From contig JBBRLX010000001.1 in the NCBI GenBank assembly GCA_038231135.1, forward strand, positions 32,001 through 96,000: a stretch of 64,000 nt of DNA, read 5' to 3'. The position numbers were made by a program, and so were the translations under genes. Each line of letters opens with the position of its first letter. Positions within the stretch are counted from its first letter, which is position 1. The notes below the pieces were generated by a model. That model had not been told where the DNA came from. It saw only the letters and a program-made list of their open reading frames with translations, and searched no databases. The stretch is from Candidatus Eiseniibacteriota bacterium (GTDB lineage: Bacteria; Eisenbacteria; RBG-16-71-46). This document shows positions 33,843 through 43,316 of the stretch, piece after piece.

Positions 33843-35108
33843 TCAGCTCCCGGAATGCAGCGTGAGCTGAATCGCCGTCCACACCGGCTGCGGCTCGTTG
33901 TGCTTCAAGGCCGGGCTGAACCGCCACATCGGCAGGGCGCCCAGCACGGCCGACACCACGGACGGCGGAATGCGCCCGGCGTCGAACCATGGCAGCTCGT
34001 GCAGCACGATCCGGCCCTGCCGGTTGACGAGCACCGGCAGCGTGAGGTCGGCGGCGGTGCCGTGGCGGCCCGAGTCCGGCAGCGCGGCCTTGATGGAGCG
34101 CACGATCAGCGTCGGCTGGTCCATCTGGACGAACTCCTCGAGCTTGGGACCCAAAGGCGAGGTGAGGAGCCCGGCGGCGCGTTCGCCGGTGAGCAGTTCG
34201 GCCGGCAGCGAATCCGGGTGCCCGAATGGCAGCTGCGCGCGCACCAGCGCGGTCGCGGCGGCGCGATAACTGGAGTCGAGCGACACCGCGGTGCGGAACC
34301 GGTCCTGGGCCTCCATGCGCCGGCCGTCGCGCCACGCGAACACGCCTCGCAGGTAGAACGCCTCGGGCAGCGTGGGATCGAGCTCGGCGGCCACGTCAGC
34401 GGCGTGCCGCGACGTCTCGAGATCGCCGTCGTGCCCGGCGCACACGGCGAGGATCAGCCATTCCTTGCCCGCCAGCGGCCGCGCGGCCACCGCGGCATCC
34501 GCCGCGACGCGCGCCTCGTGCCACTTCGCGAGCGTGGCGCCCAGCTCGGCGCGGGCCCGCACGATGTACCAGTGCCAGCCGTCGAACGAGCCGTTCACCC
34601 AATAGCGGTCACGCTCCGACTGGTAGTCGCGCCGGCGCGTCGCCGGCATCGAATCGTGTTCGGCGGCGACGAGCACCGGTCCCGTCAGGCGCTTCCAGGC
34701 CGCGTCCCTGAGCCCGAGCCGCGACTCGGCGAGCGCCATCGCGATCTCCAGGTCCGCGTCGGGCTTCACCCGGTCGTGGAGCTGGCGCAGTTCGTCCAGC
34801 TCGGGGCCGTAGGCGCCGAGGTCGTCGAGGCGCTTGGCATCGGCGGCGAGGTCGGCAATCGCGAGGCCTGAGGCATGGGCGGCCGGCGCGGGACCAGGCC
34901 TCAGCCGGGGCGCCGTGCGCGGACGCGGCGGCGCATCGCCGAGCGCGGGCGCCGAGGCGAATGCCCGGCCGGGGCTCAGCAGCATCGCCGCGGCGCACGC
35001 GAGCGCGGCGGACGTCGCGAGCGCGGAGCGTAGCCGGAGCCTCGACCGGCGGCCGGCGGGCGTTCGAAGCACGCGTGCCGGGCGGCAAGACGGGGCCATC
35101 GCGCTCAT
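33843..35108 (-). CDS. TPR protein with C-terminal TonB-C-like domain
   Basis: ATGA-coupled to the leuA-like gene; signal/TM segment; TPRs (LDPTLPEAFYLRG); VLVNRQGRI...WRFSPALKHNEPQPVW. Confidence 0.65.
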   Translation of the reverse strand: MSAMAPSCRPARVLRTPAGRRSRLRLRSALATSAALACAAAMLLSPGRAFASAPALGDAPPRPRTAPRLRPGPAPAAHASGLAIADLAADAKRLDDLGAYGPELDELRQLHDRVKPDADLEIAMALAESRLGLRDAAWKRLTGPVLVAAEHDSMPATRRRDYQSERDRYWVNGSFDGWHWYIVRARAELGATLAKWHEARVAADAAVAARPLAGKEWLILAVCAGHDGDLETSRHAADVAAELDPTLPEAFYLRGVFAWRDGRRMEAQDRFRTAVSLDSSYRAAATALVRAQLPFGHPDSLPAELLTGERAAGLLTSPLGPKLEEFVQMDQPTLIVRSIKAALPDSGRHGTAADLTLPVLVNRQGRIVLHELPWFDAGRIPPSVVSAVLGALPMWRFSPALKHNEPQPVWTAIQLTLHSGS

Positions 35109-36346
35109 ACCACCCGCGTCTCGGCGAGCGCCTCGATTACCGCGCGGATCTCGGCCTCGGTGAGCAGGCGGTCGACGCTCTTCGCCCGCTGGAACACGGC
35201 CTGCACGCGTTCGGGCGTCGCCGTGAGCTCGTGGCTCTCGAGCCAGAAGATCACGTTGCTCTCGCCGCTCATCGGGCCGACTTCGATCGACTGGCGGCGG
35301 CCGACGAGGCTCGCGGGCACGCCCGAGTAGACGCGATCGGCGAGCCAGTCCTCGCCCTTGCGGTACGCCTTGATCACCGCCGCCGCGTGCACGCCGGTGC
35401 CGGTGCGGAACGCGTCCTGGCCCACCACCGGATAGTTCGTCGGCACTGGCACGCCGGTGGTGTGGCTCACGCGTTCGCAATACTCGGGCAGCGCCGTGAG
35501 GTCGTTGTCGATCCAGCCCAGCAGCCTGAGATTCACGAGCAACTGGTCCATCGGCGTGTTGCCGACGCGCTCGCCGATGCCGATCGCGCAGCCGTGCACG
35601 CGCGTGGCGCCGGCGCGGATCGCGGCGATGGTGTTGATGACCGCGAGCCCGCGATCGCTGTGGCCGTGCCAGTCGAGGCCCACGTCGGCGCCGCTCTCGA
35701 GCACCACGGTGGCGGCGAACCGCACCAGGTTCGCGACCCCGGTGGGCGTGGCGTGGCCCACGGTGTCGCACAGGCACAGCCGCTGGGCGCCACAGCGGAT
35801 CGCGGTGAGGAACAGCCGCCGCAGCGTGTCGGGATGGGCGCGCACCGTGTCCTCGGTGACGTACATCACCGGCAGACCGTGCTCCACCGCGTACGTCACG
35901 GCGTCCTCGGTGTGGCGCAGCATGATGTCCAGCGTCCAGTTCTCGGCGTACTGGCGGATGGGCGAGGAGCCGATGAATGTGCACACCTCGATCGGCAGTC
36001 CGGTCTGCTGCGAGATCTCGATCACCGGCGTGATGTCCTGGCGCAGCGTGCGCGCCGCGCAGTTCGCCCGGATCGTCATGCGGTGGTCGCGGATCTCCTG
36101 CGCCAGCCGGGCGACGTCCTTCACCACGTGCGGGCCCGCGCCCGGCAGGCCGATGTCGGCGGTGTCGATGCCGAGCCGCTCCATCAGGTGGAGGATGCGC
36201 AGCTTGTCCTCGATCGCCGGCGTGCGCACCGACGGCGACTGGAGCCCGTCGCGCAGCGTCTCGTCGTCGAACTGCACCCGGAACGGCGGCGGCTGCCAGC
36301 GCTCGCCGGCGTCGTTCCAGTCGTAGATCAGGTCACGCTCGTTCAT
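35105..36346 (-). CDS. leuA: LeuA/homocitrate-synthase family DRE-TIM enzyme, short form
   Basis: DETLRDGLQ, LCDTVG, HGHSDRGLA, GIGERVGN, GVHAAA; lacks the C-terminal regulatory domain. Confidence 0.75.
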   Translation of the reverse strand: MNERDLIYDWNDAGERWQPPPFRVQFDDETLRDGLQSPSVRTPAIEDKLRILHLMERLGIDTADIGLPGAGPHVVKDVARLAQEIRDHRMTIRANCAARTLRQDITPVIEISQQTGLPIEVCTFIGSSPIRQYAENWTLDIMLRHTEDAVTYAVEHGLPVMYVTEDTVRAHPDTLRRLFLTAIRCGAQRLCLCDTVGHATPTGVANLVRFAATVVLESGADVGLDWHGHSDRGLAVINTIAAIRAGATRVHGCAIGIGERVGNTPMDQLLVNLRLLGWIDNDLTALPEYCERVSHTTGVPVPTNYPVVGQDAFRTGTGVHAAAVIKAYRKGEDWLADRVYSGVPASLVGRRQSIEVGPMSGESNVIFWLESHELTATPERVQAVFQRAKSVDRLLTEAEIRAVIEALAETRVV

Positions 36347-36487
36347 GCGGGGACTCGAATCATTGGGGTGCGGGGCGGCGCGTCAGCGGGAAGCTGGCCA
36401 ACGAGTATGCGAGCACGGCCGCCGGGGCGCAATAGGCCGGACGTTTTCCTGACGACGCCGGCCGCCGGGGGCAGCGACTTTCCGTGG

Positions 36488-36513
36488 CCGTCCGTCACCG
36501 CCGTCCGTCACCG
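36488..36513. repeat. Tandem 13-bp duplication ccgtccgtcaccg x2
   Basis: Seen just downstream of the thiolase stop. Confidence 0.7.
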
Positions 36514-36517
36514 TACG

Positions 36518-37768
36518 TCAGGCGCGCTCCACCACGATCGCGATGCCCTGGCCGCCGCCGATGCAGGCCGACGCCACGCCCCAGCGCTTGCCGCGGCGGC
36601 CCAGCTCGACGAGCAGCGTGTAGAGCAGCCGCGTGCCGCTGGCCCCCAGCGGGTGGCCGAGCGCGATCGCGCCGCCGTTCACGTTCACCTTCTCGCGGTC
36701 GAGCCCGAGCGTCTTCTCCACCGCCAGGTACTGGCCGGCGAACGCCTCGTTGATCTCGATCAGGTCGAGGTCCGCCACCTGGATGCCGGCGCGTTCGCAC
36801 GCCTTGCGGATCGCGGGCGCCGGGCCGATGCCCATGATCGACGGATCGACGCCCACGCTGGCGTAGCCGCGCACGATGCCGAGCGCGCGCTTGCCGGCGG
36901 CGCGCGCCTGGTCGCCGCTGGTGACGATGACGGCCGCGGCGCCGTCCACGATGCCGCTGGCATTGCCGGCGGTGACGAACGATTCCGGACCGAACGCGGG
37001 CTGGAGCTTCGCCAGCCCTTCGAGCGTCGTGCTCGGGAACAGGTGGTCGTCCTTGTCGACCATCATCGATTTCTTCCCGAGCTTCACCTCGACCGGCACG
37101 ATCTCCTCGGCGAACCGCCCGGTCTGGGTCGCGGTGTTGCCGAGCTGATGCGAACGCAGCGCGAACGCGTCCTGCTGCTCGCGCGTGATGCCGTGCTGGC
37201 GGGCGAGGTTATCGGAGGTCTGCGCCATGAAGCAGCCGCAGTAGCTGTCCTTGAGCGCGACGAACAGCGAGTCCTCGAGCTGGCCCTGGCCGAGCTTGAG
37301 GCCCGCGCGCGCCCCGCGGATCACGTGCGGCGCCTGCGACATGTTCTCCATGCCGCCGGCGACCACCCACGTCGCCTCGCCGTCGCGGATCTGCTGGACC
37401 GCGGTGACCACGCTCTGGATCCCCGAGCCGCACAGCCGGTTCAACGTGAGCGCCGGCACTTCGACCCCGAGGCCGGCCTTGAGCGCGACGTGGCGGGCGC
37501 CGTAGATCGCGTCGCTCGACGTCTGCAGCGCGTTGCCCATCACCACGTGGTCGATCTTCGCGGGCTCGATGCCGGCCCGCTCGATCGCCGCCTTCGCCGC
37601 GATGGCGCCGAGGTCGATCGCCGAAACGCTCGCGAGCAACCCGCCGGGCTGGCCGTCCCCGCGCTTGCCACCGATCCACTCGGCCATGGGGGTGCGTGCG
37701 CCCGCTACGATGACGACCTCGGCTTGATCACGGTTCGACAAGGGGTTGCTCCTTCGGATTGAGAACAT
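36518..37768 (-). CDS. Acetyl-CoA C-acyltransferase (thiolase)
   Basis: NRLCGSG, NEAFA, GHPLGASG, CIGGGQG; exact start uncertain. Confidence 0.93.
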   Translation of the reverse strand: MFSIRRSNPLSNRDQAEVVIVAGARTPMAEWIGGKRGDGQPGGLLASVSAIDLGAIAAKAAIERAGIEPAKIDHVVMGNALQTSSDAIYGARHVALKAGLGVEVPALTLNRLCGSGIQSVVTAVQQIRDGEATWVVAGGMENMSQAPHVIRGARAGLKLGQGQLEDSLFVALKDSYCGCFMAQTSDNLARQHGITREQQDAFALRSHQLGNTATQTGRFAEEIVPVEVKLGKKSMMVDKDDHLFPSTTLEGLAKLQPAFGPESFVTAGNASGIVDGAAAVIVTSGDQARAAGKRALGIVRGYASVGVDPSIMGIGPAPAIRKACERAGIQVADLDLIEINEAFAGQYLAVEKTLGLDREKVNVNGGAIALGHPLGASGTRLLYTLLVELGRRGKRWGVASACIGGGQGIAIVVERA

Positions 37769-37858
37769 GATGGAATCTCGAGTTCGGCGGCGACGCTAGC
37801 AGGCGCGCCGCCCACCCAACAAGCCACGGCCGGCCGGACCCCGTGATAATGTCGGCGC

Positions 37859-38278
<420 letters not shown>

Positions 38279-38372
38279 TCACGGCACTGCCGGCTCCGGA
38301 GCCTTGCCGAGAACTTCGGCGAACGAAGCGTGGCAACCGAATGGAAACACGAGGTCTGGAGCGCGGTGTCCG

Positions 38373-39257
38373 ATGCTGAGGACGCTCGAGGGGGGGACCC
38401 TCTGGGTCATGGTGGCGATCGCGGCGCTGCTCGGGCTCGGGCTGGTCGTCAGCCTCGCGATTCAGCTCCGTCGGGCACTCGCGGCGCGGGAACGCGCGGA
38501 ACTGGAGCTGAAACGTGCCGCGATAGCGAATCAGGAATTTTTCTACACGCTGCTGGAGGAGCTGAATTTTACGCTGGCCGCGCTCGGTACTGTGATCGAG
38601 CTCATGCGACGTGCGGCGGACAAGACCGTTGCGTACTCGCAGTTCCGCGACAAGCTGGATCGCCAGGTCGATCGGCTCCGGAATCTCGTCAACCGTCTGC
38701 TCGACATGAACAGATTCGTGCTAGTCGACTTGGGTGTTCGCAATACCCCGATCAACCTCGCCGATGTGATCAAAATCGCCTGCGAGACGAGCCGGCAGTC
38801 GATCGAAGCGTCCAAACGCCACCTCTCCGTGACGCAGTCGCGAGCCCCGCTGACGTTGCTGGGCGATGAGGCGCAGCTCTCCGAGGTGGTGTCGAACCTG
38901 TTACTCAACTCCGCGAAGTACACGCCGCCCGGTGGCCACATCGAGCTCACTACGGAACGAATCGGCGACGACGCCGTGATCCGGGTGCGGGATGACGGCA
39001 AGGGCATTCCGTCCGACATGCTGCCACGAGAGTACGACCTGTTCATGCAGATCGATCGGTACGGGTCCACGTTTCCATACGGGCTCGGAATCGGCCTCAG
39101 CCTGGCGCGGTGGCTGGTGGAACTGCATGGCGGCACGATCGAAGCCGCGAGCGACGGCGCCGGGCGCGGCACCACGTTCACCGTGCGGCTGCCGCTGGAC
39201 ATCGAGCCCGGGGCGGCGACCGCGGAGCCCCGGCCCGACGCGGAGGCCCGGTCATGA
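38373..39257 (+). CDS. Membrane-anchored histidine-kinase-like protein with degenerate H-box
   Basis: One TM; HATPase NLLLNSAKYT, DDGKGI, GLGIGL; H-box reads FFYTLLEEL instead of FLAMLAHEL. Confidence 0.8.
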   Translation: MLRTLEGGTLWVMVAIAALLGLGLVVSLAIQLRRALAARERAELELKRAAIANQEFFYTLLEELNFTLAALGTVIELMRRAADKTVAYSQFRDKLDRQVDRLRNLVNRLLDMNRFVLVDLGVRNTPINLADVIKIACETSRQSIEASKRHLSVTQSRAPLTLLGDEAQLSEVVSNLLLNSAKYTPPGGHIELTTERIGDDAVIRVRDDGKGIPSDMLPREYDLFMQIDRYGSTFPYGLGIGLSLARWLVELHGGTIEAASDGAGRGTTFTVRLPLDIEPGAATAEPRPDAEARS

Positions 39258-39754
39258 CGCTGCCGGTCGATCCGTCCGTCCCCGCCGTCCGCCCGGTCCG
39301 GCGTGAGGACCTGCCGCGGGTCTGGGAACTGGTGCTGGAGCTGGCCCGCTACGAGCGGCTCGAGCACATCGTCAAGAACACACCCGAGCGGCTAGCCCGG
39401 CACCTGTTCGACGGCCGGTGGCCCGCGGTCGAGTGCCTCGTGGCCGAAATCGACGCAGCGATCGTCGGTTACGCGCTGTTCTTCGGCTGCTACTCGAGCT
39501 TTCGCGGGCAGCCCGTGATCTGGCTCGAAGACCTGTGCGTTACCGAGTCGCGGCGCGGCAGCGGAGCGGGGGTCGCTCTGATGCGGGCGCTGGCCCGGCT
39601 GGCAGTCCTGCGGGAATGTGCCCGGGTGGCGTGGGATGTCCTCGACTGGAACGACCCGTCGATCCGGTTCTACGAGCGGCTGGGCGCCCGGCGGAGCGAG
39701 GGCTGGCACAATTATGTGCTTGAAGACGAGGCGCTGCGGGCTTTGAATCAATAG
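39254..39754 (+). CDS. GNAT N-acetyltransferase (SSAT-like)
   Basis: ELARYE, WLEDLCV...RRGSGAG, VLDWNDPSIRFYERLGA; ATGA-coupled. Confidence 0.88.
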   Translation: MTLPVDPSVPAVRPVRREDLPRVWELVLELARYERLEHIVKNTPERLARHLFDGRWPAVECLVAEIDAAIVGYALFFGCYSSFRGQPVIWLEDLCVTESRRGSGAGVALMRALARLAVLRECARVAWDVLDWNDPSIRFYERLGARRSEGWHNYVLEDEALRALNQ

Positions 39755-39757
39755 ACG

Positions 39758-40537
39758 ATGAACGGCCGGTTGGGCCGTTCTGCCCCCAAAGCCCCTGGGA
39801 AACTTGCGGAGCCGAGCATGAATCGTCGCGCATCTCGGTCGAACCTGCCGCCGCGCACCCTTGCCCTGCTGCGTATGGGTGCGCCGGCGGCCTTCGCCGT
39901 CCTTCTGGCGGGCGCCGCAGCGGCCGATTGTCCGGGCGGCGGTCTCGGAATTCCGTGCGGAACCGACAGCGATGTCCCGTGCGGCCTCAACCTGGTCGGC
40001 CGTTCCGGCACAGCGGCCGATGCCCACAGCACGTTCACCGTCGTCGTGCGCGATATCGCCCACAATCCCGTGGCCGGGTGTGACGTTTCCGTCGACTTCA
40101 GCGGCTGCGCCCCCGACATCCGGGTCGCGATCGATCAACCGTGGCCCGGACTCGCCATCACGTGCGCCGGGGCCGGGAGCGCCGTGGTGCACGCGACCAC
40201 CGACGGCGCGGGGCAGGCGACCTTCAGCATCGTCGGCGGCGCCAACAACGCCGGCACGGGAACGCCGGGCGCCGGATTTCACTGCGCCACGGTTCGTGCC
40301 TGCGGAGATCTGCTGGGGACCGTCAACGTCGGTGCGTTCGACGAGAACAGCTCGGGTGGCCTGAATCCCGCCGACATCTCGGTGTGGCTGCCCGATTTCT
40401 TCAACTCTCAAACGGTGTACGTGTCGCGCTCCGACTACAACTGCACGAACACCATCAACCCCGCCGACCTCAGCATGCTGCTCGCCGCGTCGTTCGGCGC
40501 GGGCTCGACCCAGAGCGGGGGCGACTACTGCCACTGA
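39758..40537 (+). CDS. Secreted Cys-rich Ig-like protein with C-terminal dockerin/EF-hand-like duplicated loop
   Basis: Signal peptide; VVVRDIAHNPVAG; DENSSGGLNPAD and DYNCTNTINPAD; true start may be a later Met. Confidence 0.65.
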   Translation: MNGRLGRSAPKAPGKLAEPSMNRRASRSNLPPRTLALLRMGAPAAFAVLLAGAAAADCPGGGLGIPCGTDSDVPCGLNLVGRSGTAADAHSTFTVVVRDIAHNPVAGCDVSVDFSGCAPDIRVAIDQPWPGLAITCAGAGSAVVHATTDGAGQATFSIVGGANNAGTGTPGAGFHCATVRACGDLLGTVNVGAFDENSSGGLNPADISVWLPDFFNSQTVYVSRSDYNCTNTINPADLSMLLAASFGAGSTQSGGDYCH

Positions 40538-40544
40538 GCGTCTG

Positions 40545-41066
40545 TCAGTGGCCCCGCACCTGCGAGGTCACGGCTTCGGCGAGCGACTCGTGCAACGCGC
40601 CCAACAGCTCCGCGAACTCGGGGGATCCGCCATCGCCCGCGATGTGCCGCGCGGCGGCCTCGCCCAGACGCTGCGTGACGGTCGTCGCTCCCGACGCGCC
40701 GCCGTCCTGGCCGATCGCGCCGTATTCGGCGTAGCGGTCCGACACCCGCGCGCGCAGCGCATCGAGCGTCTCGCCGGGCTCGAGCGTGCGGCTCCAGCCG
40801 TCCATCACCGCGTCGTGCAGCGCGTCGATCGCGGCGCCGGTCTCGATGTTGAACCCGCCGCCCGCGACGAGTCCCCGCACGCAGCCGTAGAGCGCGAACA
40901 CCTCCCATTCACGGCGGGCCGCGAGGCCGGTGGCGACGGCCGCGCCGTCGCGCGATTCCGCGAGATCCCGAAGCAGCGCGGGCGCGTGCTCGAAGAACAG
41001 CGCGGCGATCGCGCGGCCGCGCTCCACGGGGTCCGTGAGCTTCACGACGGCGGGTTTGTCGTCCAA
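40545..41066 (-). CDS. Hypothetical protein
   Basis: Helical composition, GC3-rich, TTG start overlapping the end of hbd. Confidence 0.65.
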   Translation of the reverse strand: MDDKPAVVKLTDPVERGRAIAALFFEHAPALLRDLAESRDGAAVATGLAARREWEVFALYGCVRGLVAGGGFNIETGAAIDALHDAVMDGWSRTLEPGETLDALRARVSDRYAEYGAIGQDGGASGATTVTQRLGEAAARHIAGDGGSPEFAELLGALHESLAEAVTSQVRGH

Positions 41067-41908
41067 TTGTAGAAGCCCCGTCCGCTCTTGCGGCCGTTGA
41101 GGCCGGCGAGGACCATCCGCTTGAGCAGCGGGGGTGCTGCGAACCGCGGCTCCTTGAACTCGTCGAACATGATCTGCGAGATGTAGTACGTGGTGTCGAG
41201 CCCCACGTAGTCGGTGAGGAACAGCGGGCCCATGGGGTACCCGCAGCCCAGCTTCATCGCGTTGTCGATGTCATCGCGGCTGGCGAGGCCCTGCTCGAAC
41301 ACCCGCACCGCGTCGAGCATGTACGGCACCAGCAGCCGGTTCACCACGAACCCCGTTGAGTCGCCGCAGCTCACCACCGTCTTGCCGGTGGCCAGGCACC
41401 AAGCGGACGCGGCCTGCACGACGTCGGGGTGGGTGCGCACCGTCCGCACCACCTCGACCAGCTTCATCAGCGGGACCGGGTTGAAGAAGTGGAGCCCGAT
41501 CACGCGGTCGGACCGCTTCACGAACGTGCTCATCTCGGTGATCGACAGGCTCGACGTGTTCGAGGCGAAGATCGTCCCGGGCTGGCAGACATGGTCGAGC
41601 GTCGACAGCAGCTCCTGCTTGGCGGAGATGTTCTCGACGATGGCCTCGACCACCAGGTCGCAGTCCGCGAGCGCCGCCAGTTCGACGGTGCCGGTGAGGT
41701 TTGCGAGCGTCCTGTCCATGTCGGCCTGCGCGAGCTTGCCCTTCTCGACGCCGCCCTTGAGGAACTTCCGGATCGAGCCCAGGCCCTTGTCGAGCACGTC
41801 CTGCGACACCTCGCGCACCACGGTCGGGAACCCGGCCTGGGCGCTGATCTGCGCGATGCCGCTGCCCATCAGCCCGCAACCCACCACACCCACCTTGTGA
41901 ATCGCCAT
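41042..41908 (-). CDS. hbd: 3-hydroxybutyryl-CoA dehydrogenase
   Basis: GCGLMGSGIA, VEAIVE, SNTSSL, HFFNPVP, GFVVNR, PMGP. Confidence 0.93.
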   Translation of the reverse strand: MAIHKVGVVGCGLMGSGIAQISAQAGFPTVVREVSQDVLDKGLGSIRKFLKGGVEKGKLAQADMDRTLANLTGTVELAALADCDLVVEAIVENISAKQELLSTLDHVCQPGTIFASNTSSLSITEMSTFVKRSDRVIGLHFFNPVPLMKLVEVVRTVRTHPDVVQAASAWCLATGKTVVSCGDSTGFVVNRLLVPYMLDAVRVFEQGLASRDDIDNAMKLGCGYPMGPLFLTDYVGLDTTYYISQIMFDEFKEPRFAAPPLLKRMVLAGLNGRKSGRGFYNWTTNPPS

Positions 41909-42098
41909 GATCGAGTCCGCCTCCGTTGCTGGTTCACCGGACGCCCGCTTTGGGGGTCCGCCATCGTGTTTCGCAGGTGCTCGTCGAGGACGCCAGGCAC
42001 TCGATGCGGGCGCGCAGGATACGCAATTGGGCAGACACCGTCATCCTGCTACGCTGCTCCCGAAACCGGCTGGTTCACTCAATAGGGGAGTGTGTCCG

Positions 42099-43316
42099 TT
42101 GTCCTTCGCCCCGTTCGAATCCCTCGTGCTCGAGAGCACCACCCGCATCGTGCTGCTGGTGCTCGACGGGCTCGGCGACCTGCCCGATCCCGCCCACGAC
42201 CAGCGGACGCCACTGCTGGCCGCGCGCACGCCCAACCTCGATGCGATCGCGGTGCGCTCGGCGCTCGGTCGCATCCTGCCGGTCGCGCCCGGCATCACGC
42301 CCGGCAGCGGGCCCGGACATCTCGCGCTGTTCGGCTACGACCCGATCGAGACCCAGGTCGGGCGCGGCGTTCTCGAAGCACTGGGCGCCGGTATCGAGCT
42401 CAAGCACGGTGACGTCGCGGCGCGCGCGAACTTCTGCACGATCGACGCCGCCGGCGTCGTCACCGACCGCCGCGCCGGGCGCATTTCGACCGAGGTATGC
42501 ACGCGGCTCGTCGAGTTGCTGCGCGCCAGCTGCTCGAAGTTCGAAGACATCGAGGTCGTGCTCAAAGCCGGCAAGGGCCACCGGTTCGTCGCGGTGTTCC
42601 GCGGGCCCGGCCTCGCGGGGGCGGTGAGCGACGCGGATCCGCACAAGGAGGGCAAGCCGATCCCCGTAGCGCACGCGCTCGACCCGGACGCCGCGGCCGC
42701 GAAGACCGCGCGCATCGTGAACGCGTTCATGGACGCCGCGCGCCGCGTGCTCGCGACCGAGCACCCCGCGAATGCGGCGCTGATGCGCGGGCTGTCGGCG
42801 CGGCCCCGGCTGCGCAGCTACGCCGAGCGCTACAAGCTGCGCGCGGCGGCGGTCGCGGCATACCCGATGTATCGCGGCGTGGCCGAGCTGGCCGGCATGG
42901 AGCTGTTCCCGGTGGGGGAGGCGCCGGAGCAGGCGTTCGCCGAGGCCGCCCGGGTGTGGCCGGACCACGACTTCGTGTTCATCCATGTGAAGGGCACCGA
43001 CATGGCGGGCGAGGACGGCAACTTCGACGCCAAGGTTGCCACGCTCGAGGCCGTGGACCAGGCACTGCCCCCGCTGCTGGCGCTCGCGCCCGACGTGCTG
43101 TGCGTCACCGGCGACCATTCGACTCCGGTGCCGATGAAGGGCCATTCCTGGCATCCGGTGCCGGTGCTGGTCCACGGGCGGTTCTGTGGCGCCGACGGCG
43201 AGCCCCGGTTCAACGAGCGCAGCGCGCGGGGGGGCAGCCTCGGAACCTTTGCCAGCCGCGATCTGATGGCTATACTCCTTGCGAACGCCGGGCGCCTCGA
43301 CAAGTTCGGAGCCTGA
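42099..43316 (+). CDS. apgM: 2,3-bisphosphoglycerate-independent phosphoglycerate mutase, ApgM type
   Basis: LDGLGD, TPGSGPGHLALFGYD, DRRAGRI, HVKGTD.AGEDG, TGDHSTP; TTG after GGGGAG. Confidence 0.92.
   Translation: MSFAPFESLVLESTTRIVLLVLDGLGDLPDPAHDQRTPLLAARTPNLDAIAVRSALGRILPVAPGITPGSGPGHLALFGYDPIETQVGRGVLEALGAGIELKHGDVAARANFCTIDAAGVVTDRRAGRISTEVCTRLVELLRASCSKFEDIEVVLKAGKGHRFVAVFRGPGLAGAVSDADPHKEGKPIPVAHALDPDAAAAKTARIVNAFMDAARRVLATEHPANAALMRGLSARPRLRSYAERYKLRAAAVAAYPMYRGVAELAGMELFPVGEAPEQAFAEAARVWPDHDFVFIHVKGTDMAGEDGNFDAKVATLEAVDQALPPLLALAPDVLCVTGDHSTPVPMKGHSWHPVPVLVHGRFCGADGEPRFNERSARGGSLGTFASRDLMAILLANAGRLDKFGA

Noticed and set aside
34961..37762. 933-aa plus-strand ORF and many similar Arg/Ala/Pro-rich ORFs
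   Set aside because: Antisense or alternative-frame shadows of well-supported genes (leuA-like, thiolase and others).
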